Shown here piece by piece: positions 43,691 through 56,561 of a DNA stretch of 64,000 bases; position 1 is the stretch's first letter; every line of letters starts with the position of its first letter. The stretch is taken from NCBI RefSeq assembly GCF_000738915.1, contig NW_026515634.1, positions 847,156-911,155 of the forward strand, read 5' to 3'. This stretch comes from Nematocida ausubeli (taxonomy: Eukaryota). Under the pieces are notes generated by a model. That model did no database searches and was not told where the DNA came from. It saw only the letters and a list, made by a program, of their open reading frames with translations. Made by a program: the position numbers and the translations under genes.

Positions 43691-44350
43691 TTATAGAAGG
43701 CGCCTGTAGTACTCTTGTATAGATGCCTTACTAGTGAATAAATAGTCATCAGTAATAGATGGATTTATGACTTCATTATTCTGTGATATATAGTTTCTAA
43801 CAGTATTTTCTTGTCAGTCTCTTATCACAGGCATTTTCTTGTCGTTGATTTTATTATCCCGAAATATTCCGAATATAAGCAGCATAGGAATGCCTTGTGA
43901 GAGAAAATAAATTATTTATTGCACACCAACAGTAGACTAATTACAACAGAAATATACGTATATACATAACAGTAGACTAATTACAACAGAAATACACAAT
44001 AATATTACTAATAATAGACACTATATACATACACTATATGCACTGCAAGAAAATATTATATAATCAAGCAGATACGCCCTTGCATACACTGAAATATATC
44101 CCAAAATATCTGAAATACTCACAAATCTAAATATGTTACTTACATGTAGTTCCTTTCATACAGGCTCTTTACACTTCTTCCTAGTAAGGGATCTTCTAGT
44201 AAATCTGAGACTGTGTAGTATTTTATATTATATTCTGAGAAGGCTTCATCTTTTGTCATTCTCTCTAGCTTTGCAAACAATGTCTCTTTGTCCATAAAAA
44301 ATAAGAAGAAGAATTCTTTATTGAAATTTCATGCCTTCTTGCAGGCGACT

Positions 44351-44623
<273 letters not shown>

Positions 44624-45622
44624 CTACTTGTTAAGGAATGTGCCAGTCAAAATAAAGCCAGAATGGCTTGTCCTACACATGATAGGATGCAGTGCACCAA
44701 GTGTACTCTGGTACTCTCTGTAGAATATTTCTCTTAAGTCTAAAAGACAGAATGCTCTATTGCTCATCATTGAATTAAAGAGATCTAGAATGCCTTCTTT
44801 TGCTGTGTGGTGTATTATAAAGTCAACTGGGCCTCCTGATGTAAATGTCTCTGGAATTGTGCTGATTATGTGAAGTACTTCTTCTGGCTTATATTTATCC
44901 CTTTGTGCTAGTACTAGAAGAAATCCCTTCCTTCTGTCTTGCACTTTAAAATTCTTCTCTTCTGTCTCTATTGTGCATTTTAAATCTTCTGTCTTCTTTA
45001 TACTCTCTGTCTCTTTTTTGTCTTCTGCTTTAGTGTTTTCTGTATTCTTAAACAGAGTTTTATCGTGTGGTGTATACTGGGGACAGATATATTCCATGAC
45101 TTCCATGGGGTAGCCAAGTGCCCCTAGGACGTGTATATCTTTAGTGTGGCCTTCCATTCTGTATAGATTTTGTGTTCCCCGGGCTGCCGCCACGGCTGAC
45201 AGGATGACGGATTTGTGGTCGTCCTTTACGACTACGCACTTAGTTCCAATTGCATGGAAGAGGATCTGGCTGACTGCTTCGTGCGAGACAGATAAGTCTC
45301 CCTTCTGCAAGTACATTGCGACTATACCCGGGAGGGTTGGGACTGTAAGCACAATTTCTGTTGAGTGTTTGGCAAATTTCTTCTGTGCGTGCTTTCCTGT
45401 GGGCTTCTCTGTGGGCGTGCACTCCAGAAAGGCATTCTTGCTAGGGGACCACACGAGGGGCGTGTTGAGTGGGGCGTGCATGAGGGCAGAGACAGGGAAA
45501 GTGCCTCTTCTTCCCAAGGAAAGAGTCCTTAAGGCGTCTCTCTTCATGCCTACGCACTTAATGGGGCCTTTGTCTGCTGTGTGAATAAGTACCCATGTGT
45601 CTTTAGTAACTGTAGCTTTCAT
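44624..45622 (-). CDS. TRM6: tRNA m1A58 methyltransferase non-catalytic subunit Trm6/Gcd10
   Basis: C-terminal E.FYREYQ....LHPIM....SGFILTG; N-terminal LGRRGTFP. Confidence 0.8.
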   Translation of the reverse strand: MKATVTKDTWVLIHTADKGPIKCVGMKRDALRTLSLGRRGTFPVSALMHAPLNTPLVWSPSKNAFLECTPTEKPTGKHAQKKFAKHSTEIVLTVPTLPGIVAMYLQKGDLSVSHEAVSQILFHAIGTKCVVVKDDHKSVILSAVAAARGTQNLYRMEGHTKDIHVLGALGYPMEVMEYICPQYTPHDKTLFKNTENTKAEDKKETESIKKTEDLKCTIETEEKNFKVQDRRKGFLLVLAQRDKYKPEEVLHIISTIPETFTSGGPVDFIIHHTAKEGILDLFNSMMSNRAFCLLDLREIFYREYQSTLGALHPIMCRTSHSGFILTGTFLNK

Positions 45623-45644
45623 AAAAAATGCGGAATTTTATTTA

Positions 45645-46277
45645 TTATATCATTCTCTTAATGAGATCATCGAGGTATCTACCGCGATCTCCTGTTGATC
45701 CTCCCTCAGTGAAGTCTTTTATCTTTCTTCCGCCGAATCCCTTTCTTGGGCAGCTTAGCTTGAATGGACTGAGCCACTTGTTGATTGCAGATGCGTCTGA
45801 TCTGTTTCCAAGATAAAGAGCCTCTACAATGTCCTCAAGGGTCTCTACAGCTCCTCCGAATTTAGTGAATAGCAGCTCTTGGGTAATGTTTACTGAAGAT
45901 CCGTTGTATCTTCCAAATCCTCTTGTGTAGATGAGCTTTCTGATTGTTTCAAGGGAAAGAGTTCCGTATGCAACGTATGCTCTGACTTTCTGGAGGAGAG
46001 ACTTGGAGGACTTGTTGTTTATGACGAATGTTCCGGTGTTGACATTTCTTAGTCTGAGGGTGTCAAGTGCGCACATGACATCTGGGGATGCCTTGTTGGA
46101 ACTTCTAATTCTAACAACGAAGAAGAATGGCACTTCTGCAGGGACGTATATGGAGTTGTTCTTTTCTGCCTGTTCCTTCTTCTCTGCTTCTTCTTTTATG
46201 AAATCCTTCATTCTTCTGATGGATGCAATTGTTTTACTTTCTACTTCACTTGTAGTTAGCTGGTGCACTTGGTTCAT
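45645..46277 (-). CDS. RPL7: 60S ribosomal protein L7 (uL30)
   Basis: YVPAE..FFVVRIR, LRLR..N.G.FV, YVAYG, LIY.RG, L.PFKLS.P..G, F.EGG..G.R. Confidence 0.96.
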   Translation of the reverse strand: MNQVHQLTTSEVESKTIASIRRMKDFIKEEAEKKEQAEKNNSIYVPAEVPFFFVVRIRSSNKASPDVMCALDTLRLRNVNTGTFVINNKSSKSLLQKVRAYVAYGTLSLETIRKLIYTRGFGRYNGSSVNITQELLFTKFGGAVETLEDIVEALYLGNRSDASAINKWLSPFKLSCPRKGFGGRKIKDFTEGGSTGDRGRYLDDLIKRMI

Positions 46278-46389
46278 TGCAAGGGCAAAAAATAAAATTA
46301 TTTTGAGTGTTTTTTGTCAGTTGAAACAGACAGACTCTTTAACAAGCACAAGCCATGCAGTATTTTATTGCGCAGAGTGTGGGTGTCTT

Positions 46390-47013
46390 CTATAGTTCAT
46401 CGATCTTATCCATGTCAGCTTGGCTGATTCCAAAGGCTTCTGTGAACATACTGTGGGATAGATTGAAGGACTGCCGGATGTGGTGCTGCAGTGCATTGAA
46501 TGCTTCTGCCCACTCATCGAGGTCTTTTTGGACATTTGAGAGCTCTTCCTTGAGTGAGTCTATTTTAGCAGGGTCATTCTCGCTCATTACTGCAACTGTT
46601 TGGTTTACGCTTTCAAGCTCTTTCTTTTTTTCTTCCAGCTGCTTGATCATTTCCTCTCTCTCTGGAGAGGATCTATTCTCTTTGAGAGTGCTAAGCTCGT
46701 CTGCAAGAATCTCTTTATTTTTGGAGAGAGATGCATTCTCATCGATAAGTTTTCTTACTTCAGCTTCTTTGTGCAGTTTTAGATCTGAGCGGAAACTCCA
46801 GTAGTACTTTGTTGCTCCTACTTTTTTCTCTTTTGCCTTTCTCTCTGAAATGAGTATGTCAAGCACCTCCTTCATGCTCTGCGGCACAACTCCCTTTTCC
46901 TTCTGGCATATCTTCTCCAGGTCTTTCATGTTGAATACGTCATCCTTCTCCTGCAGCAGGCTAAGGACACGCTTTGTTTTTTCCTCCATTGACAAAGGCT
47001 TGGCTCTGCTCAT
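46390..47013 (-). CDS. MND1: Meiotic nuclear division protein Mnd1
   Basis: LS.EEK..R.L.L..EK.DVF..KDLEK...KEKG....S.KEVL..L..E.....K.G...YYWSF; coiled coil; C-terminal FGI. Confidence 0.9.
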   Translation of the reverse strand: MSRAKPLSMEEKTKRVLSLLQEKDDVFNMKDLEKICQKEKGVVPQSMKEVLDILISERKAKEKKVGATKYYWSFRSDLKLHKEAEVRKLIDENASLSKNKEILADELSTLKENRSSPEREEMIKQLEEKKKELESVNQTVAVMSENDPAKIDSLKEELSNVQKDLDEWAEAFNALQHHIRQSFNLSHSMFTEAFGISQADMDKIDEL

Positions 47014-48238
47014 GCTGCAAAATTATTTTTAGACGTACTTATAGGCCGATAAAACTTGGGGTATTCAGTGCCTGCTGCATCCAGAAAGAGGCAGATACCC
47101 AGGATATAACCCAAAATAACCCGAAGCAGTGGAGTGTATGTAGAGTGTGCAGTGTAGTGTTTGTAGAGTGTGGTGTTTCATATATTTATTCAGTTACAAA
47201 GAAAAGAGTATTTTTGTGCTGATGCATGTAAAGTGTTTATGTAAATAAATACTCAGATATGTTAGTGTGGATTGATTCCTTAGAAAGCTTGTGGTGCAGG
47301 AGAAGAGGGAATAAAGCATAATCCGGATATTTGTATACAGTATAACCCGAATACGTTGTATTTAACAGGCTTGGTTACTTAGTCATATTATATACGCATT
47401 TTACGTCTTGCATGAGTATTTCATAAAAGTCTTTGCTCATACTATGCATCGCGTATCTTTTATATTTAAGAATTTCAGTGCACGTGTTTAAATTATGAAA
47501 CCCAGACAGGGACTAGTGAATAGAAGGGGACTATTTTTATGCAGATTCTTAAAGTGCAAAAATAACCTAAAGAATTGAATAAAAGTGCTGGGTTATATGA
47601 AGATACTATTAAGCTGTATTATTTATGCAAAAGTGAGTTATTTCGGGTTATATAAACAGCCAAAAAACTTAATGTTTTGTTTGTATATCAAAACTGCATT
47701 ATCTTTGTTATTTCTGATATGCATTCTGCTTGATGCTAGTTAGAGCATAAAACAAGTGAGTTTATTTATTCTGAGTAATTCGGGTTCTGGTTATTTTAGC
47801 CTCTTATGTTCACTACAACTGGGTCTGTATACAGCATAAAGAAGAGAATTATAAAAGCACAAAATATATGTGTAATTTTATCTGGATTGAATTTGCTTCT
47901 TTTCTTTCTATTTCCTCAAGGAATATGCATACAAGCAGTCTTACCAACCTAGAATAAACAAAAATACCGCTTATAGGTAGATTTAGCCAGAAACCCCGGA
48001 ATTTTATTATTTATAAAAGAGGCCAATTCGGGGGTTTTGAAGAATTTTCCCAAAAACTAGAATATAATGCCATTGCATAATCTAACGTGTTTTAAAGACA
48101 CTTCTTCCATCCAGACATTTTTAATTGCGAGATATGCTATATAGAGAAGTGTCTCCAAGAAATACCCGCTTGCTCTGGCTTGCATAATGGTGAAGTCTAG
48201 AGTGCATATCTGAGGAAGCAGACAGGCCACTGGATATT

Positions 48239-48790
48239 CTATGGGAATGAGTATCTAGGAGTTGGAGTATTATGGGGCAGACTCTTTTTTGCGTCTTCTG
48301 AGGGAACTGGACCATTTGGAAGGAAGAAGGTTTGGGGCAGCTCTTGTGATATGTATGGGCTTGTAGTGCTCTCTGCTGTCTTCTGGTCATACGACACATT
48401 CACCTTTTCCATTAAATCTGTTGTATTAATACTGATGCTCTGCTGCATGTTCTTCACTTTCTGGAAATTCCCAAGATTTGTCTTGTCCACTTTCCATATC
48501 TTCAGACTGTTTCCAATTGCATCAAACATGCGTATTTGTATAAAGCAGATACTATCTGCTAGGAGTGCTGCATAGTACTTCTTTGGCTTTGTTTTTTCGC
48601 CGTACTTCGTTTTTATTTTTTTGTACAGTGTCTTAAAATAGACAGGCTGGTCTTTTTCATTTAGAATTAGCACTGCAATATCTTCAATTTCGTAGAGGTA
48701 TTTGTCCGAAGGAATAGGCAGCGAAAGAATGAAATTCGCGCTGGGTAGTGATATCAGTGTGTTTTGAATTGTTAGCAGTTCATCGTCCAT
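48239..48790 (-). CDS. Hypothetical protein, possibly a divergent WH1/EVH1-like domain with a Pro/Ser tail
   Basis: Start uncertain (MDDELL at 48790; ORF track starts at 48928); the beta-rich pattern is only suggestive. Confidence 0.5.
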   Translation of the reverse strand: MDDELLTIQNTLISLPSANFILSLPIPSDKYLYEIEDIAVLILNEKDQPVYFKTLYKKIKTKYGEKTKPKKYYAALLADSICFIQIRMFDAIGNSLKIWKVDKTNLGNFQKVKNMQQSISINTTDLMEKVNVSYDQKTAESTTSPYISQELPQTFFLPNGPVPSEDAKKSLPHNTPTPRYSFP

Positions 48791-50264
48791 GATCCATGTT
48801 TTCCTCTTCCCATTGTACAGCACAAAATAAGTGTCTATATCATACTTGCACTGAATTTGTATTTTGAGAGATAAAGATCGGATAGGAATTGATAGCTCGT
48901 GGTAAAGCAAGCACCCAATAGAATGCATGGTATACCAAATAAATGAAATATAAATAGCATATGAAATCGATCAATAAGATATAAGAGTAATTAAAATGCA
49001 ATAAAGCTCTTACTTTGGCTGCATAAACAGTCTGCAAGGCATAAACATAGCCCGGGTGTTTTTTTTGCAACTTGGCACAGCCTAGTAGATGTGTTTTGCT
49101 TAAAAAGTTCTCTGGCAGCCAATTTATTTTCGCATTGTAAATGAGTAAATAAAAGCATACAGAGTGTTTTAGTGGCGCAGGTGAATCAAGCTTCTCTATA
49201 TGAAAATTCTTCTTTTTCTTGCATTTCTTCTTTTAGACTTGCATGTCTTCTAGAAGCCTGGGGAGCATGAATGTGCTGTGTTTTATGCACGGATGGAGTG
49301 AATTTGGATGCACGCGTGTGCATAAATGCAAGTTTACATTGCACTGCAGAGAGCAAGAATACAAATAGAAACATAAATTATAGAGTATAGTATATAAAAA
49401 TACAAAGTAATATAAGACTTTATTATATAAATGAGAATTCTTTGGTCACAGAGACACACATATACGTACAAGAAGCAAAAAGAAACCAAAAACATGAGCT
49501 GGTCAATAGACCGTGTTTCTTTGCTTTTTGTACTCTGCGCGTGTAAATATACTATTGCGCTGACTCTAAAGAAATGTCAGTATGCTATAAATAACCTTTC
49601 CCAATTATTGGTCTAAGCCACAAGTAAGATTTAAATGTGCTGCATAAAATTAGCAGAAATATATCCAGAGTGGCCCGAAATAGTCTAAGTTTATTCCTAA
49701 TCTATGCATACAACCAGTGTGTAGCAGTCTAATTTTCTGGAAATTCTGGGATGTATTTTGGTGTTTTCTTTGAAGTGCAATCCTGATATACTTGCTTATT
49801 ATTGTTAGTTTTATTGCCCTACTATTTACAATATTTCTTAACTACTAAGCCCATTTTCTCTGAAGCATTAGACTTTTTAATTTATTTTTACTTATAACTA
49901 AAATTGCGTGTTTGTAAATAACTAATTTTAATACAAAAACAAACAAAAGATGATTGTTGACGTCTAAATAAACACATTCGCATGTTTGGCCAAAGTGGTC
50001 TAAACACCTTCAATACATAGAGAAGCCCAGCAGAACATGCCGCTTAAATGCAAATTATTCGGAGTAGGAGGATGGCGTAATAAAACTACCATGGATAACA
50101 GCAAGCTAAGAATAGTTTATGCAAGAATACAGTAAAAAAAATAAATTTTATAACTTAAAAAGCATAATCTGTTTGTTTAATGTTTTTAGAATGAAATTTT
50201 TAATTAAATACACTGATCGTTGAGGGGTATTTAATAGAATAATTTTTAATATTCAGAATTTAAA

Positions 50265-53108
50265 ATGCTACCATCGATAAAAATAGTAGGTTTAGTGTCG
50301 CTTGTACTTGGTGCGTCGCTTATAGCAGGTGTGTATTTGCATAATGCAAATACTTCTAAAAAAAAGGCTGAAGCCCCAAGGATAGCTACCATTAGAAATT
50401 ACCGCAATAATGCATATAAGAACAAGAGTACAGAAGAATTTATAAGCCTAAATAGGCCAGATAGTGCAGTGTATATGCCAAATATGGTCAAATGTGAAGA
50501 CAGTTATTCTAAAATGTATCCAAATTCTAGCGATTCAGACGATAGAAGGAATAATACGGACATTAACCAAAAGAAGAACAATGTATGTTATGGTGCGAAT
50601 GAAATATGCATAGAGAATGTGCATCTATCTAAATATGCAACTAATACAAGAATTCAGAATCCACAGTCAAAGGAACCCAACTATAATTCTAAAGATAGAG
50701 AAGTACAGCCACAGCCCAATCTTAGTATGTCCGAAATTATAGAAAAAGCCCGGGCTATTGCACAAGAACTACGCCAAAATCAAGAACAATCCAATTCTAG
50801 TACAACTAGTACACCTAGTACAACTAGTATACCTAGTGAATCCAGTGCATCAAATGCATCTAGTACAACTAGCACACCTAGTATAACATCAGATCTACCG
50901 CCTATATCTACTAAAGCTGAAAATACTACTAAAACTACAGGTGTATCCATACTCCAGCAAGAAGTACAACCGAATGTCGGTACACCAAATAATCCTCCTA
51001 TAGAAGAAGAAGAAGAAAGTAGTTTGACCACTAAGATAATAAAATTGGGTTCGGATCTAAGGGCGAACGGGCTAATACTAGATCCAAGTGAGAATAATGA
51101 CGATTTAAAAGAAGAAAGTGTTGAAGACCCCCCACAGTTAAATGTGACTAACCCCATCCCAACAGATGAAAGAAATTCTTTTGTTGCCCAACCAGAAATA
51201 CTTTATATCCGAGAAAAGGGAGAGCCTCCACATACTAATGTGAATTCTTCTGATTCCCAACCAGAAATATTTTCTAACCCAGAAGAGAGACAGCCCCCAC
51301 CTACTGATGTGAATCCTTCTGATTCCCAACCAGGTACAGTTTTAACCCCAGAAAAGAAACAGCCTCCAGAGACTGAAGAGAATTCTTCTGGTGGCGAATC
51401 AGAAATACTTTCTAACTCAGAAGAGAGACAGCTTCCAGAGACTAATGAGGAGAATTCTTCTGGTGGCGAATCAGAAATACTTTCTAACTCAGAAGAGAGA
51501 CAGCCCCCAGAGACTAATGAGGAGAATAGTGATTCTACTAGCGTAAAAGCCAATGCAAAAAAGGCAAATATTTCAGTGTCAGACATTCTAACAATCCAAA
51601 AAGTGTTTACAGATAAAAGCGGGGCTAAATGGAACCATTTACTTCATGCAGTTGATTCGCCGAACAAAGATAGCTTGAATATATCTATAAACAAGTTTAA
51701 TAAGTCAATGCAGGATCCAGTTATGCATATGCTGAGATATAATCAGTCATACATAGAAATAGTGAAAGAAGGCGATGCATATCCAAAAACTATCGATATG
51801 AAGAATTTGACGAATACACTAGGCGAATGCATCAAAAAGATAGAAAACCAAAATCATAATTCTGATGTACTCAGAAATATGAAGTCGATTGTATTCCATA
51901 CTATACTCCTTAATTCACTCTTAGAAACCTCTAGCAAATCTATTTTAAAAGAGGGAGATATAATTTTCAACTTAAGAAAAGAGCTTGATAATGAAATAGA
52001 GAATACGGATAAACAACACAAACAAAACAAAAATATCCGGCAACCATCCAATTCTCAAGAACTAAAAAAAGAAAAAATTAAAGCAGTTTTGAATAAAGCT
52101 CAGGATCAACTGCAGCCGTGGAAGGAAGAATCTAAAACGCATGCAGAAGAAATTGAAAAGAGTGTTAGCGATTTTATGGAAGCACATAAAGATCTAGGTA
52201 ATATAGATGATTTCAACTTATCTGAAATAGCTAATACGCACCAAGACAACCACCCACCAGCTGCAGTAACCCTGCATAATAAGACTTCTCCTAAAGAGTT
52301 TTTTTTATGCAATATAAAAAATCTTTTAGTTCCTAAAGATAAACAATCAGAAAACAGGAGAAGAGAAGTTAAAACAACTATTACTTTTGATGAAATGAGT
52401 ACTAGAAGCAAGGAAAAAACCTCAGTTATATATTACTTATTGAAAGACGCTGATGAGAAAAGACGTAAACTTTCAAAGAACATTGGCTTTATTTTCTTTG
52501 AAGAATGTAGCGGGTTTATCTCAAGTTGCAACGCTTCCAGCCACGGAGGGTCTACTTTGAATCTCAGAACAAACAGATCTCTATCAGCTTCTAAACGCCA
52601 CTCTGCCTCTGTTCCTGCACTGAACTCCATCTCTAAGACTTTGCCCGGTGGCGAGCTATATATACTTTCCCCGAATAAAATACTAACATTCAGTGCAAGT
52701 GTGCTCGCCAATATAGAGTATCTTCTAAGCAAGATTGAAAAGAATACAGAAGGAAAAGAGACTTGGTGCGATTCGCATACAGAGCTCATTGCATTGGTTA
52801 GATTTACAATGTGCATCTTTGCGAATGCTTCTCTTGAGCAGTGCAATCTTTTGGTGAACAATAGAGTGAACAGCAATATGTTTTCTATTGTATACAAACT
52901 CCTCTTCTACAAAAATACAGTAAGCTCTGATATAGTAGCTAATTATGAAAAAACAATCAATAAGCAGAAACATAGCATTGAGAAAAATTCTTACTTTGAG
53001 CACAATGGATTGAATAATAGAAATATCAACTTATGGGGTGCATCAGCTTTAGACTTAGAAAATGTGGACTACATTAAAAACATTTTAACGCGCAATAATA
53101 GAAAGTAA
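50265..53108 (+). CDS. Lineage-specific 947-aa protein with N-terminal signal/TM anchor and acidic Ser/Pro repeats (candidate host-exposed protein)
   Basis: IVGLVSLVLGASLIAGVYL; STTSTPS repeats; 23-24-aa NSS..E.EI.SN.EERQPP.T repeats at about 51170-51530. Confidence 0.85.
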   Translation: MLPSIKIVGLVSLVLGASLIAGVYLHNANTSKKKAEAPRIATIRNYRNNAYKNKSTEEFISLNRPDSAVYMPNMVKCEDSYSKMYPNSSDSDDRRNNTDINQKKNNVCYGANEICIENVHLSKYATNTRIQNPQSKEPNYNSKDREVQPQPNLSMSEIIEKARAIAQELRQNQEQSNSSTTSTPSTTSIPSESSASNASSTTSTPSITSDLPPISTKAENTTKTTGVSILQQEVQPNVGTPNNPPIEEEEESSLTTKIIKLGSDLRANGLILDPSENNDDLKEESVEDPPQLNVTNPIPTDERNSFVAQPEILYIREKGEPPHTNVNSSDSQPEIFSNPEERQPPPTDVNPSDSQPGTVLTPEKKQPPETEENSSGGESEILSNSEERQLPETNEENSSGGESEILSNSEERQPPETNEENSDSTSVKANAKKANISVSDILTIQKVFTDKSGAKWNHLLHAVDSPNKDSLNISINKFNKSMQDPVMHMLRYNQSYIEIVKEGDAYPKTIDMKNLTNTLGECIKKIENQNHNSDVLRNMKSIVFHTILLNSLLETSSKSILKEGDIIFNLRKELDNEIENTDKQHKQNKNIRQPSNSQELKKEKIKAVLNKAQDQLQPWKEESKTHAEEIEKSVSDFMEAHKDLGNIDDFNLSEIANTHQDNHPPAAVTLHNKTSPKEFFLCNIKNLLVPKDKQSENRRREVKTTITFDEMSTRSKEKTSVIYYLLKDADEKRRKLSKNIGFIFFEECSGFISSCNASSHGGSTLNLRTNRSLSASKRHSASVPALNSISKTLPGGELYILSPNKILTFSASVLANIEYLLSKIEKNTEGKETWCDSHTELIALVRFTMCIFANASLEQCNLLVNNRVNSNMFSIVYKLLFYKNTVSSDIVANYEKTINKQKHSIEKNSYFEHNGLNNRNINLWGASALDLENVDYIKNILTRNNRK

Positions 53109-54100
53109 AATGCAAGTTTGAAAAAATAATTGTTGAGAATAAATACAATAGTTAGCAAGAGTGCTTTATTTGTAGAACTCTGCAGGCTTCTGGGAGGGAT
53201 GTCTGTTTGTCTTTTTGCTTAGTGTGTTCTTTATTGTTGGCACATACTGCCTTTTTATATACGCATGCGTTCGTATGCTGCTTCTATTGACTTATCCATC
53301 TTTTGGAACTATTTCCTTTTATACGAGCAATTTTGTGGTCTTGGCGTAGAGAAGTGGGGATTTTACTCCAGTCTCTAGCCCGAATTACAAGCAGAAGGTG
53401 CATATGAATCTAGCACTTCAAATGTTTAAAGAAAAGCACTGCGTGCTGGCCACACAGGCTCTATACCTCTGAAGCCCACTCTAATACAGCATTCTTAGTA
53501 GCAGTGCTGGCTATGCATAGAAGAGACAAAATACTTTTGCAAACTATAAGTTATAGACAGTGCCTAGCGTAATATACTAAAGGAGTAATTTTGGAAGCAC
53601 GTGCGCCAGATGAAAGAACGCTCCATTTAAGTGCAACTAAATGGCTTTACAGGTAAAATAAAAGCTGTTTAAGCAATTATTTCTGCACCTTTTGGCTATT
53701 AAGTCTAAGGCAATGTTGTTTTGGGCTAGGCTAGACTGCATATCGGATAGTTGCAGCTATGAAAGCACGCCCTAGAAAAGTATTTGTGCAAAAATAACAG
53801 GATGAAGTGATCTGATCTTTTTGGAAACCGCTGAGCTAGATATTTAATGCTTTGTAAAGAGCTTTATAGTATGCTGCAAGCAAAGGCATAAAAGAACATG
53901 ATGCTGTGCGCTTCCTGCAGCAGATTTTTAAGTATCAAACCATCTAGAATGCCTCTGCTGCCCTGAAAAGTAAGACAAAAATAAAATTAATTTGAAATTA
54001 AATATCAGGGAACCAGACTGGCCTATTATTTCCATATATAGGCATTTTATTACCCAAATCATATAACTATATAAATAAACTTTGATGAAAAATTTTATTA

Positions 54101-55372
54101 ATGCAAAGTGTAGCAAAGGAGAAAGGACTCTCAGTCTCACAAGCAGTATTCCCCATGATAGGATCAATCCTAGGATCAGGGATTTTAACACTTCCACGGG
54201 CAGTTGAATTCTCGGGTTATATGATATCCGGGCCCATTCTTGCCTTCATATCAGCGATATGCGCCTTTACCTTGTTCCAGCTCGTGCACTGTGCTAAGAA
54301 CTTAGACGACAGCGATCCCTCGTATTTCAAAGTGTGCCAGAACACATTCTCTCTGCTTGGATACATAGCAGAAGGAAGTATTGGGGCGCAGGGCTTTGGC
54401 TCTATTTTTGTCTACTTCTTAATTCTTCGAGGATGGATCTCGGGCATGCTTGGGATCGAGGAGAAAATAAAAAGTTTTCCATACAATGTGCTGTTCAGCA
54501 TAGGACTTATTCTTTTTCCAACGTTCCTAGCCATGCAAAAGAACCTGAAGAAGCTTGGAGTTATGTCGATTCTCTCCACTATTTCAGTTTCATTCCTTTC
54601 GCTTATTGTCTTAGTATCGGGAGCCCTTGCTCTTTTTCTTCCAGACAACAACATCAAGCGGGATGTGCTGAAGAAAACAACTAGCAGCCCTGCTGACATC
54701 TTTGCAGCGCTTTCATGCTACATATTCGGTCTGGGGTGCCAGCAAAACATGGTGCGTGTGTTTTCTCTTATGGAAAAGCCAACAAAGGCAAACGGTGCTA
54801 AAGTAGGCAGCTATGCAATTCTTGCTGCCTCAATTGCATACTTCCTGGTTGCAAACGGTGGATACATTGCAGGCGGAAACGGTCAAGACAGGTCCACTCT
54901 GGACATACTCATGGACAAGGATAGATACTTTTACAAGGTTGTCCACAGCAACTTTGGGCCCGGCATGGGAGATATGTACTTCTATTTGATTTCTTTGTCT
55001 AAGATGGCCATGTCGGTTGTGCTGCTTGGGGCATATCCTCTGCAGATGCACCCGACAAGAGACTCTGTAATCTCCTTCCTGAACTTATTGGCTAAAAAGC
55101 AGATCGAAAGCAACAGGCGGCTTACTGAGATAGCAGTTACTGGGGTGATAACCCTTGCAATTTTCCTTCTTTCCTTCGGTGACTTCAAGTACACCTTTGT
55201 AATGAACTTAATTGCAAACACTGCTAGCTGCTATATTATGTTCTCTCTTCCCAGCATTGCATACATTGCATCGCAAAAGAAGAAGCTTTCTTTTACTTTG
55301 ATTTCATGGGGTATACTAGTAGGAAGTATTCTGTTCTCTCTTTTTGGAACATATAACTTATTTGCTGTATAA
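54101..55372 (+). CDS. Amino acid transporter, AAAP/Aa_trans (AVT-like) family
   Basis: ILGSGILTLP.A...G, IF...CQQN, YPLQ.HP.R; about 11 TM segments. Confidence 0.93.
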   Translation: MQSVAKEKGLSVSQAVFPMIGSILGSGILTLPRAVEFSGYMISGPILAFISAICAFTLFQLVHCAKNLDDSDPSYFKVCQNTFSLLGYIAEGSIGAQGFGSIFVYFLILRGWISGMLGIEEKIKSFPYNVLFSIGLILFPTFLAMQKNLKKLGVMSILSTISVSFLSLIVLVSGALALFLPDNNIKRDVLKKTTSSPADIFAALSCYIFGLGCQQNMVRVFSLMEKPTKANGAKVGSYAILAASIAYFLVANGGYIAGGNGQDRSTLDILMDKDRYFYKVVHSNFGPGMGDMYFYLISLSKMAMSVVLLGAYPLQMHPTRDSVISFLNLLAKKQIESNRRLTEIAVTGVITLAIFLLSFGDFKYTFVMNLIANTASCYIMFSLPSIAYIASQKKKLSFTLISWGILVGSILFSLFGTYNLFAV

Positions 55373-56561
55373 GTTTAGTTGATTTTATGCCGCCCACTAG
55401 ACACGTGTGTGAAACTATAAATAAATAAACGAGTGCCAGTTTTCTTAGATTTTCTTTAGTCTTCTTTTTGTACACGGCATGTGAAATACTGCTGCAAGGT
55501 ACGTATTACTGTAAAATTGCTGTATTGTGTGCACTAAGTCCTGTAATAGAGAAGGCCCTGCACATTCATTGCACCCCTACTTTTGCACTATTTATATGAG
55601 AAGACTTGCCTCCTCTAAGAAAGAATTCTGAAAAGTCTCATAGAAAGTTCTGCTGCGAACAGGCTCACTTGTATTAATAAACTCTTTTTATCCTCCAGAT
55701 TAACAGCACCCAGCACAAGAACGAGCATATTTTGTTGTTTCTAATCCACCCCATGCATCTGCGACCAGATGCAGTGCATCTAGTGGTACGCGTTCTGTGA
55801 AATATCCTCGGAAGCACACTTCCTTATGATAAACACATGCAGGCGATGATGCAGCCTGCTCTATTAGCCAGCCATACACATAACTCATATTCTTTGCACA
55901 GCAATCCACAAGCGAGAATATATATGAGAATGCCTTCTTGCTTGATTGATATAACCCGAATATATTTAAAATATACTGGCCCAGAGCTCTGCAAAGCTGC
56001 TGTATACTGTTTGAAACCTCTGCCTGACAGTAGATAATTAGTTCACCCCAGATCTCTGGCTGCTTCTTTCGCTAAGTCTGACCCGAAATATTTCTATCTC
56101 TTATTAGAGACAGAGTCATGTGCTAGCTAATAAACAGCATGGATCATATTTGGGAGTATATAAGTTTAACAATAAAATAGCACAGTCCTTGAACTTGAGC
56201 TAGTTTGTGCGTGTATGTGAAGACACAGAAGTAATGAGATCTAGAACTGCCCGCTTTCCTAAATTATTTGAAGATAATTAATAGCTACCAAAAGAACTTC
56301 TCTTCTCTTGCAGTCATAAAGGTATATATATATGCACATATAAAAAGACTGCTGCAAAATACACCAGTGTATGCAAATTTTTGAGTTTGCCCAATGCATA
56401 AAGTGCTAGATGCATACGCGCACAATAAAAGAATGGTGCAGCACATGAATGCATATAGACATCTTTTTTCTATCAAATATATTTGGTTTGGCTATGCGCA
56501 TATGCTTTTTCAGCAAAATATATTTGGTTTTTGTGTGTAAAAAAGTTATTTTAGGCAAAAT

